Assembly (NCBI GenBank): GCA_041484665.1
Contig: JBGPIA010000005.1
Coordinates: 1 to 64,000 of the forward strand
Source: Candidatus Krumholzibacteriia bacterium
GTDB lineage: Bacteria; Krumholzibacteriota; Krumholzibacteriia; JAJRXK01
Length of the DNA: 64,000 nucleotides
Reading direction: 5' to 3'
Shown: piece after piece, positions 17,963 through 26,979 of the stretch
How positions within the stretch are numbered: position 1 is the first letter of the stretch
Layout: every line of letters begins with the position of its first letter
Notes under the pieces: model-generated
The model's input: the letters and a program-made list of their open reading frames with translations, nothing else
Database searches by the model: none
Told to the model about the DNA's origin: nothing
Program-made: the position numbers and the translations under genes

Positions 17963-20590
17963 ATGCCAGACATCGATCTCGTCATCCACGGCCACTTCTA
18001 CCAGCCACCCCGCGAGAATCCGTGGACGGACGAGGTGGGCGCCGAGCCGGGGGCGCGACCGTTCCACGACTGGAACCAGCGCATCAATGCCGAGTGCTAT
18101 CGTCCCAATGCGTTCGCGCGCATCGTGGACGATGCTGGCCGCATCGAGCGGATCGTGAACAACTACGAGCTCGTCAGCTTCAACCTCGGACCGACGCTGC
18201 TGCGCTGGATGCAGCGGCACGACCCTCTCACTCTTGCGCGCCTCGTGGAGGCCGACCGCCGCAGCGCCCGTGTGCGGGGCGGGCACGGCAACGCCATCGC
18301 GCAGGCCTATGGCCACGCCATCTTGCCGTTGTGCAACGCCCGCGACCGGGCGACGCAGATCCGCTGGGGACTGGCGGAGTTTGCATGGCGCTTCGGGCGC
18401 GGCGCCGAGGCCCTCTGGCTGCCCGAGACCGCCGCCAGCCCCGCGACGCTCGACGATCTCATCGAGCACGGGCTGCGCTACGCGATCCTGGCGCCCTCGC
18501 AGGCGGCGCGCGTGCGCCGCAGCGTCCAGGATCGAGATGGCGGCAACGGCTCGGGCGCTGGGCCGTGGGAGGACGTGCGCGGCGGAACGATCGATCCCTC
18601 GCGCCCCTACCGTTATTCGCACTCCGACGGGAGCGGCCGCTCGCTGGCGTTGTTGTTCTACGACGGGCTGCTGGCCCGGTCGGTCGCGTTCGGCGGAGCC
18701 CTGCGTGAGAGCCGCCTGTTCATCGATGCTTGCGCGGCGACCGCGGCCGCCCCTGGGCGCCAGGGACAGGTCGTGCACCTGGCCGTAGACGGCGAGACGT
18801 GGGGGCACCACCACGCGTGGGGGGACCGGGCTCTGGCGTACGCTCTGGCGCGAGAGGCGCCCGCGCGCGGGTTCCACGTCACGAATTATGGCGAGCTGCT
18901 CGACCGCGTGTCGCCGCAATGGGACGCAGAGATCGAGCTGGGGGAGGACGGCCTGGGGAACGCCTGGAGCTGCGCCCACGGCTTGGGGCGTTGGACGCGG
19001 GACTGCAGTTGCAGGCTGGCGCAGCGCGAGGGCTGGACGCAGGCCTGGCGCGCCCCGCTGCGCGCGGCCTTCGACCTTCTGCGCGACCAGGCAGCCGTCT
19101 TCTTCGAGCAGGAGGCGGGATGCCTGCTGCAGGACCCCTGGGCGGCCCGCGATGCGTACGTACACGTGCTGCTGGAGCCGGGGGAGGCGGCGCGCGCGCG
19201 GCTGTTGCGCGAGCACAGCCGCGGGGGTCTGGCGGGAGAGCAAGGCGTGCGCGCGCTGCAGCTGCTGGAGATGCAGCACATGCTGGTGCTCATGTACGCC
19301 AGTTGTGGCTGGTTCTTCGACGACATCGCCGGGCTGGAGTCAGTGCAGGTCATGCGCTACGCCGCGCGCGCGGTGGATCTCTGGTCGCGGCTGGGTGGCC
19401 AGCCGCCGATCGGGCGGATGCTGGAGCGGTTGGGCGAGGCCCGCAGCAACGAGCCGCGGCTGGGCACCGGCGCCGACCTGTTCCGCACCCGCGCGCAGGG
19501 GGCCGCCGCGCCTGCGCCGCAGATCGCAGCGCACCTGCTCATGGGTGCCGTGCGCGGGAGCCTTCCTTCCAGCGGCGACATCGGGCTGCAGCACTACGAC
19601 GCCTTCGACGTACAGGTCCAGGCTAGCGGGCACACCGCGCTCGTGACCGGGCGCGTCGATCTGCGCGACGAGCGCACCGGTGCTGCGGAGGCCTACGAGG
19701 GCGCGGTGCTGCATGGCGGGGGCCTCGAGTTCCAGGTCCGGCTGCGCGCGTGCCGCGCGCCCGACGAGCTACGCGCAGCGGCGGTCGCGCTGCACGGCGA
19801 CCTGCCGCACCGCTCGGAGGCGGAACTGCTCATGGCGATGACGGCGCGTTTCGGGGAGCACACCTTCGGGGTCGAGGCACTGCTGGAGACAGGCCGCCAA
19901 CAGCTGCTCACGGAGCTGTTTGGCGACCTGGTCGCCGAGGCTGGCCGCGCCTACGCTCAACTGTACGGCCGCAATCAGAGGGTGATCGAGGAGTTGGGCC
20001 GCCTCGGGCTCGACCTGCCTCGTGAGTTGCGCGTGGCGGCAGAGCTGACCTTCACGAACGGATTCGAGCGCGCCGTAGACCGCGCTCACGCCGGGCGCGG
20101 GCCCGCTGACTTCGCCAGGGCATTGTCCGTCATCGAGCAAGCGCGCGAGCGCGGCATCGAGCTGGACCGGACGGTGGCCATCCCGCTGCTCTCGCGCATG
20201 CTGGAAGACGTTTTCGCTGCCTGGGGACTGGCCGGACCGGGGGGCGGTGCGCCGCAGGAGCGGCTCTCGGCCACCGTCATGACGGCGACCGAGGTGCTGG
20301 ACCTGGCAACCAAGCTCGAGCTGACGCTGGACCTCCATCGCCCCCAGGAGCTGTACTATCACCGGGTCATCAGCTCGGGGTGGGCGGCACGGCTGCCAGC
20401 GGGAGATCGGGCGAAGGTGCACGAGATCGGCCGGCGGCTGGGCTTCGCGTCGCGCCTGCTCGAGCAAGCGGAAGAGGACCCCGCGCAGGAGGCGTTTGCC
20501 GTACAGGAAGCGTCGGACGCGCCGGAGCCAGCGCCCGGCGCGCCGCAGCCAGCGCCGGTCGCCAGCGGAGCGGGGCGGAGATCATCGTGA
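17963..20590 (+). CDS. GH57-family DUF3536 protein
   Basis: IHGHFYQPPRENPW, HDWNQRINAECYRPN, LWLPETA, DGETWGHH, WSCAHGLGRW, MYASCGWFFDDI. Confidence 0.92.
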   Translation: MPDIDLVIHGHFYQPPRENPWTDEVGAEPGARPFHDWNQRINAECYRPNAFARIVDDAGRIERIVNNYELVSFNLGPTLLRWMQRHDPLTLARLVEADRRSARVRGGHGNAIAQAYGHAILPLCNARDRATQIRWGLAEFAWRFGRGAEALWLPETAASPATLDDLIEHGLRYAILAPSQAARVRRSVQDRDGGNGSGAGPWEDVRGGTIDPSRPYRYSHSDGSGRSLALLFYDGLLARSVAFGGALRESRLFIDACAATAAAPGRQGQVVHLAVDGETWGHHHAWGDRALAYALAREAPARGFHVTNYGELLDRVSPQWDAEIELGEDGLGNAWSCAHGLGRWTRDCSCRLAQREGWTQAWRAPLRAAFDLLRDQAAVFFEQEAGCLLQDPWAARDAYVHVLLEPGEAARARLLREHSRGGLAGEQGVRALQLLEMQHMLVLMYASCGWFFDDIAGLESVQVMRYAARAVDLWSRLGGQPPIGRMLERLGEARSNEPRLGTGADLFRTRAQGAAAPAPQIAAHLLMGAVRGSLPSSGDIGLQHYDAFDVQVQASGHTALVTGRVDLRDERTGAAEAYEGAVLHGGGLEFQVRLRACRAPDELRAAAVALHGDLPHRSEAELLMAMTARFGEHTFGVEALLETGRQQLLTELFGDLVAEAGRAYAQLYGRNQRVIEELGRLGLDLPRELRVAAELTFTNGFERAVDRAHAGRGPADFARALSVIEQARERGIELDRTVAIPLLSRMLEDVFAAWGLAGPGGGAPQERLSATVMTATEVLDLATKLELTLDLHRPQELYYHRVISSGWAARLPAGDRAKVHEIGRRLGFASRLLEQAEEDPAQEAFAVQEASDAPEPAPGAPQPAPVASGAGRRSS

Positions 20591-23208
20591 AACGCTCGCA
20601 GCGCCGGGTCTCTGCGAAGCGAACCGCGGTTGGGGCGAACCGCGTTGCGGGCACGAAGCCCGCTGCGGGCGCGAAGCAGACAGCGAAAGTGAAGCAAGCA
20701 GCGAAAGTGAAGCAAGCAGCGAAAGCACAGCATCCAGCGACAGCGAAGCGCCCGGCCACAGCGAAGCGCCCGACCACAGCGCCCGCCAAGCGCACCGAAT
20801 CCGTGACGTTTGCCGCGCCCGCGACGCGTTTGGCGGCGACGGAGCCCCCCAAGCCCGTGAAGCACACAGAGCCCGCGAAGCACACGAAGCACTCGAAACC
20901 GCTGCAGTCCGCGAAGCTTCCGAAGCCCGCGAAGCTCCCGAGATCCCCGAAGCTCCTCAAGCCCGGGAAGCCCAGCACTCCCGCCCGTCCCACCCGGTTG
21001 GCAACGTCCACGAGCCCTGCGCGGTCCGCGCAGTCCGCAAGATCTGGGCAGCGTGCAGCGGCCGCGCGGGGTGGCCGGCCACTGCGGCATGCGGCCCCCG
21101 CGCCGAGCACTGCGGCGGCGCCGCGCCCGACCCCCGTGCAACGCGCTGCGGCAGCGCCGCTCTCGGTGCGCCGCCCGCCCGCAGAACGCCAGTCTTCGCG
21201 CAGCGGGCCTTCGCGCGAGCGTCTGTTGTGGATCGTCCCGGAGGCGGCACCATACGCGAGCACCGGGGGCCTCGGGGAAGTCGCGGGGGTACTCCCTCAG
21301 CTGCTGAGGGCGCGCGGATGGGACGTCACGCTCATGATGCCGTACTACCGGTCGGTGCGGCGGGCAGCCGCAGCGCCGCGCATCCTGGAGCGCCACCCCC
21401 TCACCGTCGAGCTGGGTGAGCTGCGGTTCGCAGTCGAGCTGAGTACGGCCGAGGGCCAGGACGGGCTCCCGCTGCAACTGGTCGCCTGCGACGAGCTGTA
21501 CGACCGCGCCGGGATCTACGGGGAGGCTGGCGAGAGCTACCCCGACAACCACCTGCGCTTCGGCGTGCTCTGCGCCGCGGCACTGGAGCTGGCGCGCCAC
21601 GCCGACCCTCCGTTTCACGCGCTGCACTGCCACGACTGGCCGGCCGCGCTCGCCGTGGTGCTGCTGCATCTGCGGGCGGGGAGTGACCCCGCGCTGGCAC
21701 GACTGCGCACCGTGCTCACGTTGCACAACGTCGCTTACCAGGGGCTCATCGATGCCAGCGCCGCGCGCGAGCTGGGGCTGCCCGCCGGCCTGGCCGACGC
21801 GATGACGACGGGCCGGGCGTGGAACCTCCTGAAGGGCGGCATCGCGTTCGCCGACCGCATCACCACCGTCAGTCCGCGCTACGCTCGCGACATCCAGCAG
21901 CCGGGGATGGGTTTCGGCCTGGAGGACGCGTTGCGCGCCCGGGCGGCCGAGCTCACGGGGATCCGCAACGGCATCGACATGACCGCCTGGGACCCCGCCT
22001 CCGATGTGCTGCTGCCGACGCAGTACGCGCCGCGGGCGCTGCAGGGCAAGGCCCGCTGCAAGGAGGCGCTGCAGCGCGAGCTGGGGCTGCCCGTGCAGGA
22101 GACGGCGCCACTGGCCGGCTTCGTGGGCCGGCTGGCCGAGCAGAAGGGAATCGACCTGCTGGTGGAGGCGCTCCCCGCGCTGCTGGATCGTGGGCTGCAA
22201 ATTGTGGTGCTGGGCGGCGGCGATCCGGCCGCCGAGGAGGCCCTGCAGCTCTGGGCTCGTCGGCGGCCCGACCGCGTCGCTGTGCGCCTGGGTTACGAGC
22301 CCGCGCTGGCGCATCGTTTTTTCGCCGGGTGCGACCTGATGCTGATGCCGTCGCGCTTCGAGCCGTGCGGCCTGGCGCAGCTGCAGGCCATGCGCTACGG
22401 GACGATTCCGGTGGCCCACGCAGTCGGCGGACTGCGCGAGACCGTGCGTCCCACGACGCCCGCCGGGCTGCGCTCCGGGCGCAGCACCGGATTCATCTTC
22501 CACGGCGCCGCGGCGCCGCGTCTGGTCGAGGCGGTCGATCGCGCGCTGCGCGTGTACCGCGACCCCCAACGCTGGCGCGCCCTCATGCGCACTACGATGG
22601 CGCAGGACTGGTCGTGGACCGCTTCGTTGCCGCGCTACGAGAGCGTCTATCGCGCGCTGGCACGCGCTCGACGACGCGTCCTGCCCATCGCGCAGCGCGC
22701 CTGGCCGCAAGTGGGGCCACCACCAGCTCCCGCGCCGAACCCGCCCGGTGGAATCTTCCTCGATTGGGGACCCGATCTGCCGGCGCGCCATCACGCAGAC
22801 ACCATCCAGCTCATGGTGCAGGCGCCGCGCTGGCTCTTCGTGTACTGGGAGCTCGCACCCGCGCGCTATGCCGCCACCGGCGGAAAGCCGCGGCTGCGGC
22901 TGCGCCTGTGGGACGGGGAGCGCCCAGTGCCGTTGGGCGACGCCTTCGGCGACGTCGGCGACCGCTGGATCCCCAGCGATCCCGCGCGGCGCTACCACGT
23001 CGAGCTGCTCTCACCCGCGGGCGAGGTCCTGCTGCGCAGCAACGAGGTGCGCACCGCGCGCGAGCAACCCAGCGAGCGCACCGACGTCCGCTGGGTGGGC
23101 GGCAAGGCGGGCGTGGCGATTGCGGTGGCAGCCGCCGAGCGTGGGGTCGGACAGCCGGGGCGCCCGCCCCGCGCAGCGTCATCCAGTGACTTGGTGAAGC
23201 GGTCGTGA
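20587..23208 (+). CDS. glgA: Glycogen synthase with Lys/Ala/Pro-rich N-extension and DUF4912-like C-terminal domain
   Basis: GTGA overlap with the upstream stop; EAAPYASTGGLGEV, HCHDW, TLHNVAYQG, TTVSPRYA, GRLAEQKG, MPSRFEPCGLAQLQAMRYGT; C-terminal LMVQAPRWLFVYWE..RSNEVRT. Confidence 0.92.
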   Translation: MKRSQRRVSAKRTAVGANRVAGTKPAAGAKQTAKVKQAAKVKQAAKAQHPATAKRPATAKRPTTAPAKRTESVTFAAPATRLAATEPPKPVKHTEPAKHTKHSKPLQSAKLPKPAKLPRSPKLLKPGKPSTPARPTRLATSTSPARSAQSARSGQRAAAARGGRPLRHAAPAPSTAAAPRPTPVQRAAAAPLSVRRPPAERQSSRSGPSRERLLWIVPEAAPYASTGGLGEVAGVLPQLLRARGWDVTLMMPYYRSVRRAAAAPRILERHPLTVELGELRFAVELSTAEGQDGLPLQLVACDELYDRAGIYGEAGESYPDNHLRFGVLCAAALELARHADPPFHALHCHDWPAALAVVLLHLRAGSDPALARLRTVLTLHNVAYQGLIDASAARELGLPAGLADAMTTGRAWNLLKGGIAFADRITTVSPRYARDIQQPGMGFGLEDALRARAAELTGIRNGIDMTAWDPASDVLLPTQYAPRALQGKARCKEALQRELGLPVQETAPLAGFVGRLAEQKGIDLLVEALPALLDRGLQIVVLGGGDPAAEEALQLWARRRPDRVAVRLGYEPALAHRFFAGCDLMLMPSRFEPCGLAQLQAMRYGTIPVAHAVGGLRETVRPTTPAGLRSGRSTGFIFHGAAAPRLVEAVDRALRVYRDPQRWRALMRTTMAQDWSWTASLPRYESVYRALARARRRVLPIAQRAWPQVGPPPAPAPNPPGGIFLDWGPDLPARHHADTIQLMVQAPRWLFVYWELAPARYAATGGKPRLRLRLWDGERPVPLGDAFGDVGDRWIPSDPARRYHVELLSPAGEVLLRSNEVRTAREQPSERTDVRWVGGKAGVAIAVAAAERGVGQPGRPPRAASSSDLVKRS

Positions 23209-23218
23209 GGAGGCCAGA

Positions 23219-24808
23219 ATGAGCGCGCCCGTCGGGTACCTCTGCCTGGTGCTCCACGCGCACCTACCGTGGATCCGCCATCCGGAGCATGCGGAGTTCC
23301 TGGAGGAGGACTGGCTCTTCGAGGCGATCACGGAGACCTACGTGCCGCTGCTGCGCTCCTTCGAGCGGCTGGAGGACGAGGGAATCCCGTACCGGGCCAC
23401 GATCACGCTCACTCCGCCGCTGGTGGCCATGCTAGCCGATCCGCTGCTGCAGGCGCGCTACCGGCACCACCTGGAGAAGCTGCGCGAGCTGGCTGCGCTC
23501 GAGGTGGAGCGCCACGCGGTCGACACGCCGCAGGGTCGCCTCGCGCGCTTCTACCAGGAGTGGCTGCGCGATACCCACGCCTACATTTTCGAGCACTGGG
23601 CGGGCGATCTCGCGCAGGCGTTCCGCGGCGTGCAGGAGCGCGGCGGCATCGAGCTGATCACCTGCACGGCGACCCACGGGCTGCTGCCGCTGATGCACGA
23701 CGAGCGCGCTCGCCGCGCCCAGGTGCGCGTCGGCGCGCAGGCATACGCCCGCGCCTTCGGGCGCCCCGCACGGGGGATCTGGCTGGCCGAGTGCGGCTAC
23801 GACCACGGCATCGACCAGGTGCTCGCCGAGAGCGGGCTGCAGTACTTCTTCCTCGAGAGCCACGGCGTACTCCACGGCGAGCCGCGACCGGTGCTGGGCC
23901 TCCACGCCCCCGTACGTACGCCGGCCGGCGTCTACGCCTTCGCTCGCGACGAGGAGTCGTCGCGCCAGGTGTGGAGCAGCAAGGAGGGCTATCCCGGCGA
24001 TGCCGTGTACCGCGAGTTCTACCGCGACCTTGGCTTCGACGCGCCCTACGAGTACATCCGTCCCTACTTGCACGCCGATGGCGTGCGGCGTGCGGTGGGA
24101 TTCAAGTACCACCGTGTGACCGGCGGCGTGGAGCTCCACCAGAAGGAGTTCTATGATCCCGACGCGGCCCGGGAGCGGGCCGCGCTGCACGCCGGCAATT
24201 TCATGTTCAACCGGCAGGCACAAGTGCGCTGGCTGGACGGGGGGCTGGACCGGCCGCCCATCGTGGTGAGCCCGTACGACGCAGAGCTGTTTGGGCACTG
24301 GTGGTTCGAGGGCCCGATGTTCCTGGAGTACCTGTTCCGCAAGATCGCCTGCGACCAAGACGAGCTGGAGCTCGTCACGGCCTCCGACTACATCGACCGC
24401 CACCCGGTGGTGCAGGAGCAGGAGCCCAACCCCGGCACCTGGGGCAACGAGGGCTTCCAGAAGGTCTGGCTCGACGGCGGCAATGCGTGGTTCTACCGCC
24501 ACCAGCACCACGCCGAGCGGCGGATGGAGCAGCTGGCGGACCGTTTTCCCGATGCGCGCGGGGAGCTCAAGCAGGCTCTCGACCAGGCGGCCCGGGAGTT
24601 GCTCCTGGCACAGAGCTCGGACTGGGCATTCATCGTTTCCATGGGCACGGCGGTCCCGTATGCACTGCGCCGTTTCAAGGAGCACATCGCGCGCTTCACG
24701 CAGATCGCCGACGCTGTGGACGCCGGCCGCGTCGACGCCGGCGAGGTCGCGCTCCTGCGCGGCGTGGACCCGCCGTTTCCCTGGCTCGACTACCGGGTCT
24801 ACGTCTGA
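23219..24808 (+). CDS. GH57 1,4-alpha-glucan branching enzyme (DUF1957)
   Basis: GAGGAGG RBS; LVLHAHLPW, EEDWLFEAITETYVPL, GIWLAECGY, GYPGDAVYREFY, PYDAELFGHWWFEG, RELLLAQSSDWAF. Confidence 0.95.
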   Translation: MSAPVGYLCLVLHAHLPWIRHPEHAEFLEEDWLFEAITETYVPLLRSFERLEDEGIPYRATITLTPPLVAMLADPLLQARYRHHLEKLRELAALEVERHAVDTPQGRLARFYQEWLRDTHAYIFEHWAGDLAQAFRGVQERGGIELITCTATHGLLPLMHDERARRAQVRVGAQAYARAFGRPARGIWLAECGYDHGIDQVLAESGLQYFFLESHGVLHGEPRPVLGLHAPVRTPAGVYAFARDEESSRQVWSSKEGYPGDAVYREFYRDLGFDAPYEYIRPYLHADGVRRAVGFKYHRVTGGVELHQKEFYDPDAARERAALHAGNFMFNRQAQVRWLDGGLDRPPIVVSPYDAELFGHWWFEGPMFLEYLFRKIACDQDELELVTASDYIDRHPVVQEQEPNPGTWGNEGFQKVWLDGGNAWFYRHQHHAERRMEQLADRFPDARGELKQALDQAARELLLAQSSDWAFIVSMGTAVPYALRRFKEHIARFTQIADAVDAGRVDAGEVALLRGVDPPFPWLDYRVYV

Positions 24809-24812
24809 CCGG

Positions 24813-25574
24813 TTGCGCTGCGGCCCGCGCCTCCTGCTGCCTCTGCTGTCTCTGCTGTCTCTGTCGCTGCTGCTGTCGCAGTTGGCCATTCCGGCCTGCG
24901 CCGCGGCCGCGGCCGCCGGGGCAACCGCCGCCGGGGCCGGGACCGCCGGGGCCTCCAGCGCGGGGCCGGGCGCCCCGGGCATGGAAGTCCGTGCCTCCCG
25001 CGTCCGGCAGGGCTTTCTGCTGGGCGCCAACCTCGGCTTCGCCGCCGCGGAGTTCAGCATGGATTCCGCCGGCAGCACCGTCTCGACGGGGTGGAGCGGT
25101 GGCGGCAAGACCGGCCGCGTGCGCCTGGGATACGCGCCCACGCCCGAGCTGATCGTCTCGCTGGAGTACGGAGTCTGGCGGCGCGCGCCAGGCGGCAGCA
25201 CGTCGGCGGCGAGCGCGACGTCGAGCACGGGCACCGATTCGGGCACGGCCACCAGTTCGTCGGGCCTGGACGTGGAGCGCTACCTGGGCATCGGGATGGC
25301 GAGCGTGACGCTTTACCCGCGGGCGAGTGGCTTCTTTCTGCGCGGTGGCGCAGGCTATGGCTCGGCGTGGGCCCTGTTGGACACCGCGACCGGAGCGCGG
25401 GCCAGCGGGAAAGGCCTCGCCGTCGTGATCGGGCTGGGCTACGACCTGTGGGCGGACGACGATCTCGCCATCGGCATCCAGTTCGATTATGGCTTCCTCA
25501 ACGGGAGCAATTCCCTGCAGGGCAACTTCGCCCAGCTCACGGCAGCCGCGAGCGTCTACGTCCCGGGTTTCTGA
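24813..25574 (+). CDS. Outer-membrane beta-barrel protein
   Basis: Leu-rich signal peptide; alternating aromatic strands (VRLGYA, FFLRGGAGYG, IGLGYDLW); paralogous to the next gene. Start is uncertain. Confidence 0.7.
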   Translation: MRCGPRLLLPLLSLLSLSLLLSQLAIPACAAAAAAGATAAGAGTAGASSAGPGAPGMEVRASRVRQGFLLGANLGFAAAEFSMDSAGSTVSTGWSGGGKTGRVRLGYAPTPELIVSLEYGVWRRAPGGSTSAASATSSTGTDSGTATSSSGLDVERYLGIGMASVTLYPRASGFFLRGGAGYGSAWALLDTATGARASGKGLAVVIGLGYDLWADDDLAIGIQFDYGFLNGSNSLQGNFAQLTAAASVYVPGF

Positions 25575-25661
25575 GCCCGTGCCCCGGCCCGACGGTTGCA
25601 CCGTCGAGCGTCCTGGGCCATCGCCTGGCCCGGAACACTGTCCCATCAAAGGAGTTCGACG

Positions 25662-26270
25662 ATGACGACCCATCGGTCGCTACGCTGGCTGCTGGCAACG
25701 ATTCTGCCGGCGCTGGCTGTTTTGGTGTTGGTGGGGGGCGCCGCCTGGGCCGGCACTTGGTCCCATGAGCGCAACGGCGCCGTCCTCGGATTCAACGTTG
25801 GAGCGGGCAGCGCGGGAGTGAACGTGGACCTCGGCGGCGCCACAGCCTCCTCCGACCGCGAGACCGGCGAAGCGGGGAGCCTGCGCCTGGGCTACGCCGT
25901 GCAGCAGAACCTGGTCCTGGGGTTCGAGGCCAACGGTTGGGCCAAGACCTTCACGAGCGGTGGCTACGATACGAAGTGGTCGTTCGGGGTCGGCACGTTG
26001 GGGGCGACGTGGTACCCGGCCCACGGCGGCTTTTTCATGCGTGGTGGGGTTGGGTTCGGGCGCGCCCAGGTGGAGTTCAGCAACAGCCAGGGCACGCAGC
26101 TGAAGGCCCACGACAGCGGGCTGGGCATGACGGCCGGCCTGGGGTACGAGTGGCGTCTGACGCGCACCTTCGCGCTGGGGCCGCAGGTCGACTTCGGTTA
26201 CCTGGACGTTGGCAACGGCTTCACGGCGAACTACGTGAACTTCACCCTCGGTCTCAACTGGTTCCTGTAG
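25662..26270 (+). CDS. Outer-membrane beta-barrel protein (probably 8-stranded)
   Basis: AAAGGAG RBS; signal ending AAWA; LRLGYA, FFMRGGVGFG, AGLGYEW; C-terminal FTLGLNWFL resembles a Bam beta-signal. Confidence 0.85.
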   Translation: MTTHRSLRWLLATILPALAVLVLVGGAAWAGTWSHERNGAVLGFNVGAGSAGVNVDLGGATASSDRETGEAGSLRLGYAVQQNLVLGFEANGWAKTFTSGGYDTKWSFGVGTLGATWYPAHGGFFMRGGVGFGRAQVEFSNSQGTQLKAHDSGLGMTAGLGYEWRLTRTFALGPQVDFGYLDVGNGFTANYVNFTLGLNWFL

Positions 26271-26979
26271 GACCGCGGCGGGTTCCTGTGGGACCGCTGC
26301 CGCTTCCCGTGGGGCCGCCTCCGGATCGTGGGAGATCCGGGGCGGCTCCGCTGGAGCCGGATCCCGCCCGGGACGCAAAGCCCGAGGCGTCGTTCCAGTT
26401 GGCGAGCACCGAGGGATCCTCGACGGGCACGCGCACAAGTGAGCCGGGCCCCAGCTCGGCGAGCGCGTCGCGCAGCGTGGCGGCCTGTCCGGCGAGGATC
26501 CGCTCGCAGGCCGCTACGGTCAGCAGCACCGGATGGCCGCCTCGGTCGACGACCACCGGCTTGGCGGCCAGGGCCTTGCCCAAGCCGAGCAGCAGCGCTT
26601 GGAGCACCTCCTGCGATGGAGGGCCGGCGTCGACTGGCTGCACGAACACGCGCGCCACACCCAGCGCGAGGGCCTCCCGCAGTCCCAGCCGCACGCTGGT
26701 CATCATCGCTGCGTGGGGTGCGGGATTCTCCACGAGCCGCACACCGCGGCGGGCGTCCAATGCGGGCTCGATCGCGTCGCGCACCGCGGGGCTCACGACT
26801 GCGATACGGGGGCCGATGTCCTCCCCCGCGTAGCGGGCGAGCACGGCCAGGAGCAACGGAGCATCCTCCCAGACGAGAAGCGCCTTGGGGCCACCCATGC
26901 GACTGCCTCGCCCGGCGGCGAGCACGACGAGCCCGGCGCGCGGTACGCCGGAAGTGGTCGCGTCGTCAGTCTTCGTCAT
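26254..26979 (-). CDS. MocA/MobA-like nucleotidyltransferase (Mo cofactor cytidylyltransferase-like)
   Basis: VVLAAGRGSRMGGPKALL, VENP..MMTSVRLG, PVD, GGHPVLL; lies downstream of xdhC. Confidence 0.85.
   Translation of the reverse strand: MTKTDDATTSGVPRAGLVVLAAGRGSRMGGPKALLVWEDAPLLLAVLARYAGEDIGPRIAVVSPAVRDAIEPALDARRGVRLVENPAPHAAMMTSVRLGLREALALGVARVFVQPVDAGPPSQEVLQALLLGLGKALAAKPVVVDRGGHPVLLTVAACERILAGQAATLRDALAELGPGSLVRVPVEDPSVLANWNDASGFASRAGSGSSGAAPDLPRSGGGPTGSGSGPTGTRRGPTGTS

Noticed and set aside
20359..22998. 879-aa minus-strand ORF
   Set aside because: Antisense shadow of glgA.
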